A DNA stretch of 64,000 nt, taken from positions 31-64,030 of the forward strand of contig DATLRN010000043.1 in assembly GCA_035534695.1 (NCBI GenBank), written 5' to 3'. Positions 7,591 to 15,868 of this stretch are shown here, piece after piece. The position numbers were made by a program, and so were the translations under genes. The DNA comes from Candidatus Dormiibacterota bacterium (GTDB lineage: Bacteria; Chloroflexota; Dormibacteria; Aeolococcales; Bog-877). The stretch's first letter is position 1, and each line of letters starts with the position of its first letter. The notes beneath the pieces are model-generated. The model searched no databases. It had not been told where the DNA came from and saw only the letters and a program-made list of their open reading frames with translations.

Positions 7591-8915
7591 ACCTGGCCAC
7601 TGCCGCCACCGATACGGACCTGGCAGTCAGGGGTGGGGTTCTCGGGTCTCCCCGGCTGCTGGCCGGTCCTGGAGGAGACATCACCGAGTCGCTAGCGTCG
7701 CACCTGGATCGGCTGGGCGACCCACTTGGTGCGGTCGGGACGACAGCTCCCCGGGAACTCATTCAGAGGATCCGCGCATCCGGTCTGCGAGGTCGTGGGG
7801 GCGGGGGTTTCCCAGTAGGCGAGAAGTTGGCGGTCGTGGCTGCCGGTGCAGGAGTCGGGAATCGGGCAGTCGTGGTCGCGAACGCATCCGAGAGTGAGCC
7901 CGCCAGTGCCAAGGACCGCTTCCTTCTCTCGGTGCGCCCGCACCTGGTCATCGACGGCATCGAGGTCGCCGCCAGGGCGGTCGGAGTTAGACAGGCCTAC
8001 ATCTGCGTGAGCCAGCGATCCGAGCACGCGGTGTTCGCCCTGCGACAGGCCTTGCTGGAGAGGCGGGAGGCGCGGCTGCTGCCGGTGCCCATCGAGGTGG
8101 TTCTGGCCGCTCCGACCTTCGTTGGGGGAGATGAAACGGCTCTCTTGAACTGGATCGCCGGGGGCGCTCCCAGCCCCACGGTGGTGCCTCCCCTACCTGC
8201 CCATAAAGGCCTCACCGGCCGTCCCACCCTGGTGCAGAATGCTGAGTCGCTGGCTCATCTCGCGCTGATCGCACGCTTTGGGCCGGGTTGGTTCCGTCGC
8301 GTCGGGACCGAGGAGGAGCCTGGCACGATGCTGGTGACGGTCAGCGGCTGCGTGACCAGTGCGGGGGTATATGAGACGCCCATCGGGACCCACCTCGAGG
8401 ATGTCCTGGAGGCGAGCGGGTGGTCTGTCGAAACCGAAGTCATCTTGGTCGGGGGATATTTCGGAAGTTGGGTCAGAAGACAGGACGCCCGCGAGATGTC
8501 GCTGTCTCGGGCGAGCCTGGCATCATGCGGCGCCTCGCCCGGAGCCGGAGTGATTCTCGCCCTGCCGAAATCGGCTTGCGGCGTCAAGGAGACGGCCGAA
8601 GTTGTCGACTGGCTTTCCGCCGAGAGTTCCGGACAGTGCGGCCCCTGTGTCCATGGACTTTCATCGGTGGCAGCCTGCCTCGCCCAGCTGGCGTCGCCGG
8701 CCTCGGCCCGTCGAGCGGACCTGGGCCGCCTGTTGCGCTGGTGCGCCGAGATCGAAGGCCGGGGCGCCTGCCGGCATCCCGATGGCGTCATCAAGTTGGT
8801 CCGCAGTTGCCTGCAGGTGTTCGCCACCGAGGTGGAGGCACACCGAAGCGGACGCTGCTTAGGTTCCTTCGAAGGATGGCTTCCGCTCCCGGCAACCACG
8901 CAGCAAGTCCGATGA
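7587..8915 (+). CDS. NuoF-like NADH/FMN-binding iron-sulfur protein (Complex1_51K + SLBB + NADH_4Fe-4S architecture), soluble
   Basis: GLRGRGGGGFPVGEKL corresponds to the NuoF NADH/FMN glycine-rich motif. AESSGQCGPCVHG ... GRGACRHPDG corresponds to the NuoF N3 cluster region. GTG 7587 overlaps the upstream stop in GTGA. Confidence 0.85.
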   Translation: MNLATAATDTDLAVRGGVLGSPRLLAGPGGDITESLASHLDRLGDPLGAVGTTAPRELIQRIRASGLRGRGGGGFPVGEKLAVVAAGAGVGNRAVVVANASESEPASAKDRFLLSVRPHLVIDGIEVAARAVGVRQAYICVSQRSEHAVFALRQALLERREARLLPVPIEVVLAAPTFVGGDETALLNWIAGGAPSPTVVPPLPAHKGLTGRPTLVQNAESLAHLALIARFGPGWFRRVGTEEEPGTMLVTVSGCVTSAGVYETPIGTHLEDVLEASGWSVETEVILVGGYFGSWVRRQDAREMSLSRASLASCGASPGAGVILALPKSACGVKETAEVVDWLSAESSGQCGPCVHGLSSVAACLAQLASPASARRADLGRLLRWCAEIEGRGACRHPDGVIKLVRSCLQVFATEVEAHRSGRCLGSFEGWLPLPATTQQVR

Positions 8916-9154
8916 AGAGCCTCTACCTGCACGTGAACCCCATCACATGCGCCGGGCACGGGCTCTGCGCCGAGCTTCTGCCTGAGGCGGTACGACTGGA
9001 CGACTGGGGCTATCCCATAGTGGACCCATCGCCCGTTTCCCCACGTATCCAGGGTCACGCGCGCCGAGCCGTGGCAGCGTGCCCCACCCTTGCTCTCGCC
9101 TTGCGCAGCGCCCCCGCTCGGGGAGTCACCTCGCCGCAACGTGGCGAATCGTGA
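8912..9154 (+). CDS. Small ferredoxin (single-cluster CxxHxxC...CP type)
   Basis: MKSLYLHVNPITCAGHGLCAELLPEAVRLDDWGYPIV...RRAVAACPTLAL. ATG 8912 overlaps the NuoF-like stop in ATGA. Confidence 0.75.
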   Translation: MKSLYLHVNPITCAGHGLCAELLPEAVRLDDWGYPIVDPSPVSPRIQGHARRAVAACPTLALALRSAPARGVTSPQRGES

Positions 9155-9250
9155 TCAAGCCGGAGACAACGGTGGAGCGCCTCCGTGCTCCAGCACCAGC
9201 CTCACCGCCCGCTCCCGCAGCCCCTGCGGGTACCGCGTCGTGCTTGTCAT
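9155..9250 (-). mobile_element. IS3-family transposase OrfA N-terminal stub (~31 codons), truncated
   Basis: MTSTTRYPQGLRERAVRLVLEHGG resembles the HTH start of IS3/IS911-type OrfA (…EFRERAVRLV.E…). The reading frame dies after 31 codons, exactly at the 3' end of the ferredoxin gene. No remainder of the IS is present. Confidence 0.45.
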
Positions 9251-9435
9251 CTCTCCATCCTCTCCACGAATGGAGTCTCCAACCTTCCCGGGGCGGTTCA
9301 GTCTCATAGGTCGCCAGACTGTGGAGCAAATAGTGCTCATGCGTGGCATTCGGCGTTGGCCTCGACGGAGGCGGCCGGTCAGGGGGAGGGTGATGTTGAC
9401 TCCGCGGGCCGTTCTGAGTTCCATGTCGTTGCGGC

Positions 9436-10085
9436 TCACGCTGCAGTGCCGTGGAGGCCTGCCCGCAGAGTCGTTACGCCCGGACCGTCGAGCTGGTCAA
9501 CGTAAGGAGCGCCGCCAGCCATGCTCATCATCAGCGCGAGGGTCGATCCGGTGACCAGCGGCCCGGTGCCCGTGGCCAACGGCCCCCGTCTGCGCGCAGC
9601 TGCAGACCGCGAACGGTGGTCCGGATAGCAACCGTCAAGTCGCGCCACGCAGAAAAGTCAGCCACCCGCGTCAGCGCGTCGACGTCCGGTGTCCGGGACA
9701 GTCCCAGCGGCTGACGGATGTCCTGGGCGTGCACGAGGACCTCGCCCAGGCAGGCCGGGCTCTGTCCCGAGGGGACGGCGGTGCTGCCGATGACGGCGCG
9801 GAATCGGTCGAGAGTCTCTGCCGGGGTGCTGCCAAGATGCTCGACCAGCCGGCGCTACTTGTGCGCGTCGACACGGAAACGCGTGCCGAGCATGCCCCGC
9901 ATCCACCACCACTGGTTCAGGCTCGCCGCGTCGGTGAGGTGGGCGGCGACTTGCTCGACGTCCCACTGCCCACACCGGATGCCGTGCCGCTACTGCTCGG
10001 CACTGAGGTCTGACAGGTACTTCGCAAGCGCAGTCCCTTCGGCGCGCACCAGCGCCCATAGGTGGTCGTCCGGAGACCTCGCCAT
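9436..10085 (-). pseudogene. DinB/TIGR03083-type (mycothiol-dependent maleylpyruvate isomerase-like) gene with two in-frame TAG codons and one frameshift
   Basis: Hand translation of the minus strand gives MARSPDDHLWALVRAEGTALAKYLSDLSAEQ*RHGIRCGQWDVEQVAAHLTDAASLNQWWWMRGMLGTRFRVDAHK*RRLVEHLGSTPAETLDRFRAVIGS...LGEVLVHAQDIRQPLGL...LQLRADGG. After a frameshift in a G-run it continues PLATGTGPLVTGSTLALMMSMAGGAPYVDQLDGPGVTTLRA. Confidence 0.65.
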
Positions 10086-10264
10086 ACCGCTCTATGCCTT
10101 TCCCATGCTCGAGAGTATCTTGGGCACGGTCCTTGGCAAGTGGGACCCAGCTTGCTTTATGCTTGTCTCAGTAGCATCGAGTTCACGGTGCCCTACGATC
10201 TATTTTGGCGAGCTGCTGCGGGTTGCGGAAGTGGACTTGGCGCAGGACCAGACATCACATGACG

Positions 10265-10298
10265 ATTGGCTTACCTCGGTCGGCCGAGGTAAGCCAAT
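10265..10298. repeat. Perfect 15-bp inverted repeat with a 4-nt spacer
   Basis: attggcttacctcgg tcgg ccgaggtaagccaat. It sits in a ~380-bp non-coding gap between the DinB pseudogene and the MFS gene. No T-tract follows it. Confidence 0.9.
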
Positions 10299-10463
10299 AG
10301 CACCGGATCGTACGGCCTGAATAGGACGCGCCGGGCGGTGCGGGAGCTGCTGTGCCCAAGTCGCCGCCGGTACGGAAGAGACGGCTCGACGCGCGGGCGA
10401 GACCAACCCCACCGACATCCTCGCTCTCCGATACGCTGTTCGTAGAGGCACCAACTTGCAGGT

Positions 10464-11825
10464 GTGCGCGTTCCGCTGCGAGACGAGGGTGCGCTGCGTG
10501 TCCTTGAGGATGTGAGTGGAGTGAAACCGGTGGCGCTCTCTGCCTGGACGGTAACCGCACGTACCTTTAGCGCGCTCGGAAATCGCAACTACCGGCTCTT
10601 CTTCCTCGGACAGACTGTTTCCCTAACAGGCAGCTGGCTGCAGTCTACGGCTCAAGCGTGGCTGATCCTAGAACTAACGCATTCTGCACTCATCCTAGGT
10701 CTCCTGCTGACCGTGCAATTCGTCCCAAATCTCTTGCTCCAGCCATTCGGCGGCGTGGTCGCCGACCGTTGGCCGAAGCGACGCCTCCTCATTCTCACCC
10801 AGAGCTGCTTCGCAATTACGGCCGCGACCCTCGGTATCACCGAGGCTCTCCATCTGGCCAGCGTCTGGGAGGTTTTTGTGGTTGTCGCCACTTTCGGAGT
10901 GATCAACGTTGTGGACGGGCCGGCCCGTCAGGCGTTCGTACCCGAGATGGTCGGAAAGCGGCGAATGCCCAACGCTGTCGCCCTCAATTCGATGGTCTTC
11001 AACGGTGCTCGCGTGGTAGGCCCAGCAGTGGGCGGGGTTCTGATCGCTACCGTTGGCACTGCCGTCTGCTTTGAGCTCAATGCAATCTCTTACCTGGCGG
11101 TGATAGCAGGACTGATTTTGATGCGACCGGCGGAACTCCACCCTAACCAGCGCTTGGAAGGAGGGGTGGCGGCAGTGCTTACCCAAGTCCGGGAGGCTGT
11201 CGGATACGTCCGGCGCACCCCTGAGGTCAAGCTTGTGATCGTTCTCATGGCCGTTGTCGGTACCTTCTCCTTCAACCTCACCATCCTGATCACCGCAATC
11301 GCCCGAACTGGGTTGCACGCCGGAGCGGGTGGCTTTGGGCTCCTCAGTGCCGCGCTCGGCGCGGGCGCACTGATTGGCGCAATCGGGGTGGCATATGCCA
11401 GCCGTGCCTCGATACGAGGGCTGTTGATCGGCTGCGCCGTGTTCGGTCTCTTCCTAGCGCTGGCCGGTCAAGCACCTGGGATGGCCGTCGCCATGGCCCT
11501 CCTCGCCCTAGCGGGCGGTGGGATGATCACCTATAGTGCCATGTCCAATAGCGTGGTGCAGACGTTTACACCAGGGGCTTTGCGGGGCCGCGTAATGTCG
11601 CTCTACCTGTGGGTCTTCCTCGGATCAACCCCGTTCGGGAGCTTACTCTTCGGAGGAATCGAGCAGGCGTGGGGTAGCCGCCTAGCTACGGCGCTGAGTG
11701 GCTCGGCGGCGGTGTTGGCTGCGCTGGCAGGCGCCTGGTGGTGGGCTCGAACTGCCCGCTCCCGAAGGACCTATTCAGGCGGGTCACCGCCCGCCGAACC
11801 TATGATCGCCACCGCTGAGCGGTAA
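10464..11825 (+). CDS. MFS transporter (EntS/MFS_3-like, 12 TM)
   Basis: FSALGNRNYRLFFLGQTVSLTGSWLQSTAQAWLIL...GGVVADRWPKRRLL... is typical of the enterobactin-exporter-like MFS subfamily. The true start is probably a GTG near 10521-10530 rather than 10464. Confidence 0.8.
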   Translation: MRVPLRDEGALRVLEDVSGVKPVALSAWTVTARTFSALGNRNYRLFFLGQTVSLTGSWLQSTAQAWLILELTHSALILGLLLTVQFVPNLLLQPFGGVVADRWPKRRLLILTQSCFAITAATLGITEALHLASVWEVFVVVATFGVINVVDGPARQAFVPEMVGKRRMPNAVALNSMVFNGARVVGPAVGGVLIATVGTAVCFELNAISYLAVIAGLILMRPAELHPNQRLEGGVAAVLTQVREAVGYVRRTPEVKLVIVLMAVVGTFSFNLTILITAIARTGLHAGAGGFGLLSAALGAGALIGAIGVAYASRASIRGLLIGCAVFGLFLALAGQAPGMAVAMALLALAGGGMITYSAMSNSVVQTFTPGALRGRVMSLYLWVFLGSTPFGSLLFGGIEQAWGSRLATALSGSAAVLAALAGAWWWARTARSRRTYSGGSPPAEPMIATAER

Positions 11826-12035
11826 TGGCCGCTCGAGGCTTGAGAACCTGCGACCCCGGCAGAGCGGCCGTGACCTCGCAGAACCCTTCTATTCAGAGAC
11901 CATCCTTATCTGATGCGCGCCGTCTCGTCTGCCATCGATGTTGGGGATAGTGCGGTACCGGGAAAGCGGTAGGAGAGACTAGTCGACCCCAAGAGAGGCC
12001 TCCGAACTGGTTCCAAGACGCCTTGGTTGGCTCTG

Positions 12036-12776
12036 CTACGAGCTCAGCGACACGGTTGCGGGCTGATCACCTGCGCTGGTCTCTAGACGGCTGTGCGGAT
12101 CAAGGGTTCGTGAATCCGCCTGGGCGGCGGCGACCGCGTTGCGGACGCGGAGTCGGGCGTCTTCCACGTGTTGGGCGACGTGTTCCTGCGCGGTGTCAAC
12201 ATCGTGTTCAAGAATCGCATCCATGATGTGCTGATGATGGGACACCTCGATTGCCATAGGATGCAGAGTTCGGGTGGTGATGTTGACCAACATCCGCAAC
12301 TTGCCCGCTACGTTCTCACGCCAGACTCGGACTAAAAGGTCGTCGCCAGTGAGCTCATAAATAGTGTCATGGAAAGACAGATCTGCCAGTGCCATGCGCA
12401 AGGGATCGGCCATCTCAGCCGCGTCACGAACCTGGCGCCAGGCCCGCTCCAACGCTCTCTCCTTGCTGGGCTCAGCAGCCTTGATTAGCCGTTCGACGGC
12501 GTGCGTCTCAAGTACGTTCCGTAGCCGGTAGAGCTCATCGATGCCTTTGGTAGTGAACTCTACGACGTACCGACCCCGTCGAGGGACATTGAGGATCAGG
12601 CCATCCTTCTCCAAGAGTGCCATGGCCTCGCGGAGGGGTCCCCGGCTGATCCCCATTTCTTGCGCCAGGGTGGCTTCAACGAGTCTATCTCCACCCGCAA
12701 AGCGACCGGCGAGAATGGACGTGCGCAAGGCCTCGAGCGCACTGGCGCCAAGTGTCTCGGAAGGCACTCGGGCCAT
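12036..12776 (-). CDS. GntR/FadR-family transcriptional regulator (wHTH + FCD domain)
   Basis: LEALRTSILAGRFAGGDRLVEATLAQEMGISRGPLREAMALLEKDGLILNVPRRGRYV is the GntR HTH, followed by a helical FCD-like domain. The start is taken at the ATG (cat 12774-12776); 12809 is the alternative. Confidence 0.85.
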   Translation of the reverse strand: MARVPSETLGASALEALRTSILAGRFAGGDRLVEATLAQEMGISRGPLREAMALLEKDGLILNVPRRGRYVVEFTTKGIDELYRLRNVLETHAVERLIKAAEPSKERALERAWRQVRDAAEMADPLRMALADLSFHDTIYELTGDDLLVRVWRENVAGKLRMLVNITTRTLHPMAIEVSHHQHIMDAILEHDVDTAQEHVAQHVEDARLRVRNAVAAAQADSRTLDPHSRLETSAGDQPATVSLSS

Positions 12777-12856
12777 CCGTCTGCTCTGTCGCTGACCCGA
12801 AGCTACCACTCTAGGCCCCCTCGTAAGTACCGTGTCGACTATTCCTCATCTGCGCA

Positions 12857-13783
12857 CTAGCGGCGCTGCAGCCGAACCTCAAACGCGTCACGGAGACCAT
12901 CCCCGATGAAGTTGAAAGCCACGACGACCAGGACGATGCAGACACCAGCGGGCCAGATCTGCCACCAGTACCCGCTGTAGACGTAGTTCACGCCGTCGGA
13001 CAGCATACCTCCCCAGTTGGCGGCTGGCGGCGGAATGCCCAAACCAAGAAAGCTGAGTGATGTTACCGCCAAGACAGCGTCGGCAACTTGAAAGGTTGAG
13101 TTGACCGCGACCGTACCAAAGACGTTTGGAATGACATGGCGGAAGATGATGCGCAGTGGTCCCGCTCCCTGTCCCTGGGCTGCCTCCACAAAGTTCCGTG
13201 TTTTGAGGGATAGCGTCTCGGCCCGGACCAGTCGGGAGGGGACCAGCCATGCGACCGACGCAATCACCACGATGAGGAGAGGCTCCGATGGGGAGAAGAT
13301 GCTGGAAAGGAACAGCAGAAGAAAGAGGGTGGGTATAGCGAGCAATGCATCCACCGCTCTCATCATCACCCCGTCCACCAATCCGCCCGCGAAGCCGGCT
13401 ATGGCCCCCCAAGCCACACCCATGCTGGTCGCCAGCAGAGAAACAACGAGTCCGACTACTAACGTGGTTTGGCCCCCCACCATCAGTCTTCCGAGCAGGT
13501 CGTAACCTACGGTGTCGGTGCCGAGCGGGTGGTGCAGGCTGGGCCCTTCGTTCTCGATGCCGAGTCGGGTCTGCACCTGGTTGGTGTGATAGAGGACGGG
13601 ACCGACAAAACAGAAGAGGATGAAGAAGGCGACTACAAAAAGCCCCACCAGGGCCAGGCGATTCTCGGTGAACACGGCCACCGCCAAGCGGAATGCGCCG
13701 CCTGAGCTGTGGATCTCACCCGCATCTGCCGCAGACTCGGCGCCGAGCGAACGGGGTGGTTCGATCGGGATCCCACCCGTCAT
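12857..13783 (-). CDS. ABC transporter permease, DppC/OppC-like (peptide/opine/nickel family)
   Basis: HPLGTDTVGYDLLGRLMVGGQTTL..., AVDALLAIPTLFLLL, and the EAA-like loop VEAAQGQGAGPLRIIFRHVIPN. ATG 13783 overlaps the dppB-like stop in ATGA. Confidence 0.85.
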   Translation of the reverse strand: MTGGIPIEPPRSLGAESAADAGEIHSSGGAFRLAVAVFTENRLALVGLFVVAFFILFCFVGPVLYHTNQVQTRLGIENEGPSLHHPLGTDTVGYDLLGRLMVGGQTTLVVGLVVSLLATSMGVAWGAIAGFAGGLVDGVMMRAVDALLAIPTLFLLLFLSSIFSPSEPLLIVVIASVAWLVPSRLVRAETLSLKTRNFVEAAQGQGAGPLRIIFRHVIPNVFGTVAVNSTFQVADAVLAVTSLSFLGLGIPPPAANWGGMLSDGVNYVYSGYWWQIWPAGVCIVLVVVAFNFIGDGLRDAFEVRLQRR

Positions 13784-14721
13784 GAGTATCGTATCCGGGG
13801 ATCGAAGACTGCGTAGAGGATGTCTGCGAGCAAGGAGCCGATGACCACCGCCACGCCAACCACGATGGTGGTTCCGAGCATCACCGGAAAGTCCTCGGTC
13901 TGGGCGGCATTCCAAAACAGAAGCCCCATTCCCGGGTAGTTGAAGACGGACTCAACGATCAACGCGCCACTGAGGATGCCGGGCAAGCTTAGGCCGATCA
14001 GAGTGACGATGGGGAGCATGGCGTTGGGCAAGACATGGCGGAAGAGGATGACCCGCCTACTCACGCCTTTGGAGTCGGCGGTGCGGACGTAGTCCTGCAC
14101 CAAGTTTTCAAGAACTGAAGAGCGCATGTAGCGACTGAACAATGCGATCGTGATGAGCGTCAGCGTCAGTACGGGTAGGACCAGATTGGGAATCTGCTGC
14201 CAGAGGGGGCTGGTGGCGGTGGGGCCGAGGGGGGGGAAGAAGGGCAGCACCTGGCTGAGGAGGATGATCAGGATGGTGCCCAGAAAGAAGCTGGGCATGG
14301 AGTAGAAAATGAAGGAAAAGCCCGTCAGAACGTAGTCCTCAGGCTTGTTGCGACGAACCGCTTGGTAGACCCCGGCAGGGATCGCCACCATGATCGCCAG
14401 GGCCGTGGAGACCCCAACCAGGGCGAGGGTTCGGGGCACGTTCTCGCTGAGCAGCGAGTCGACACTCTGGTTCAGCTTGTAGGAGAAGCCGAGGTTCCCG
14501 TGCAGCAGCTGATTCACCCAGTCGACGTACTGGACGGGCAAAGGCTGGAGCAGCCCGAACTTTATGTCGAAGGCGGCAATCTGAGCTTTATTGGCGCGCA
14601 GTCCCAGGGCGGCTTTGGCGGGACCGCCAGGGAGTAGGTGAAGCAGGATGAAAGTGATGATCGTGACGCCCAGCAGGACGGCGATCGCCTGGAGGAGCCG
14701 TCTGAGGAGAAATGCTTGCAT
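13780..14721 (-). CDS. ABC transporter permease, DppB/OppB-like
   Basis: MQAFLLRRLLQAIAVLLGVTIITFILLHLLPGGP..., YVRTADSKGVSRRVILFRHVLPNAMLPIVT. Confidence 0.9.
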   Translation of the reverse strand: MQAFLLRRLLQAIAVLLGVTIITFILLHLLPGGPAKAALGLRANKAQIAAFDIKFGLLQPLPVQYVDWVNQLLHGNLGFSYKLNQSVDSLLSENVPRTLALVGVSTALAIMVAIPAGVYQAVRRNKPEDYVLTGFSFIFYSMPSFFLGTILIILLSQVLPFFPPLGPTATSPLWQQIPNLVLPVLTLTLITIALFSRYMRSSVLENLVQDYVRTADSKGVSRRVILFRHVLPNAMLPIVTLIGLSLPGILSGALIVESVFNYPGMGLLFWNAAQTEDFPVMLGTTIVVGVAVVIGSLLADILYAVFDPRIRYS

Positions 14722-14888
14722 CAGACACCTAGCGCTTGCGGGGGGGGCTCTTAGAGACCGCCTGAATCAATTAGCCGTCGAATGATAGCGGTCGCGCCTA
14801 GTCAATAGTCGACCAGGTTCCTGGTTGGCTCTGGAGGTCTCTCTCTGGTGTCTCGAGGAGCTGCCTGGCACTCCCTTGCCAGCGGCGG

Positions 14889-15833
14889 TCAATCGTCGGC
14901 CCAGCCGACGGTCGCTAGGAGCGCACCCTCGGCGACGACACGGGCGAGTGGCCGCAGCAAGACCCACCCCGAGTGCGGTGAGGCAACAGTTTCGAGGACC
15001 GTGCCATCGAAGTCAGTGACGGTGCACAGCAGCTCCCCGACAACGACGCTCTGGCCGACCTGAACGGAGGGGACTACGACTCCGGGGACCGAGCTGCGCA
15101 GCTGGACGCCGCCAGCTAGAGTGACCGTGCTCGGGGCCTTATCTTGCGCGTTCGCTTCGATGGAGCCGAGGGCGGCGAGTACCCGATTCAAAGCGGCAAC
15201 GAGCAGGTCAAGTTCCACGGCGGAGCGTCGCCCGCCGCCGCCGACTTCCATGGCCAGACCTATCCCACCCGTTCTGGCTACGGCGCCAGAGAGGGTTCCC
15301 TCACCGGGGGTGGTCTGGATGAAGGGGAGGCCTAGCAGAGAGCCCAGCTCCAGGGCCCGGCGGTCCCGCACGGCGTCACCGCTGGCGTGAACGATGGCAA
15401 AGGGGTGGACGTCCTCGACCCACTCACCACCGTGGACATCGACAACCACTTCACTCTCCAGGAGGAGCTCCGACCATATCCTGGCGGCCAGGCGCTCGGA
15501 GAAGGTGCCGTCCTTGGAACCGGGCCAGACCCGATTCAGGTTGCGGCCGTCAACGGGGTTGGCGCCGGGCAGACCGGCCTGCGCCGCCAGAACATCGGCG
15601 ACAAAGATGATGGTCAGTGAGCCCCGAACCTGCGCTGGCTCCAGCGTCTTCCAAAGCTCCTGGACGGCGTCCTGGGTGACTAGCTCGGTGCCGTGCACCC
15701 CGGCAACGATCGCGACGCGTGGTCCCCGCGAAGTTCCCTGAATCACGCCGTAGGGCACGAACGTCGCGGGCTCCCGACCTGCTCCCGGAACGTCCAGTCT
15801 GGCTGTCGCCTTGCCGGCAGTTGTCTCGGTCAA
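14889..15833 (-). CDS. Succinylglutamate desuccinylase/aspartoacylase-family (AstE/AspA, M14-like) zinc deacylase
   Basis: PRVAIVAGVHGTELVTQDAV...NLNRVWPG...VVVDVHGGE are the family Zn/His-Glu motifs, followed by a C-terminal beta domain. Confidence 0.8.
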   Translation of the reverse strand: MTETTAGKATARLDVPGAGREPATFVPYGVIQGTSRGPRVAIVAGVHGTELVTQDAVQELWKTLEPAQVRGSLTIIFVADVLAAQAGLPGANPVDGRNLNRVWPGSKDGTFSERLAARIWSELLLESEVVVDVHGGEWVEDVHPFAIVHASGDAVRDRRALELGSLLGLPFIQTTPGEGTLSGAVARTGGIGLAMEVGGGGRRSAVELDLLVAALNRVLAALGSIEANAQDKAPSTVTLAGGVQLRSSVPGVVVPSVQVGQSVVVGELLCTVTDFDGTVLETVASPHSGWVLLRPLARVVAEGALLATVGWADD

Positions 15834-15868
15834 AGCTCTTCTCCTTGCAAAAACATGGGCCTGAGAGC

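Noticed and set aside
9855-9992. In-frame TAG codons as pyrrolysine or programmed readthrough
   Set aside because: TAG terminates several well-supported genes in the window. No pyl genes are seen. The same gene also carries a frameshift. A pseudogene is the simpler explanation.
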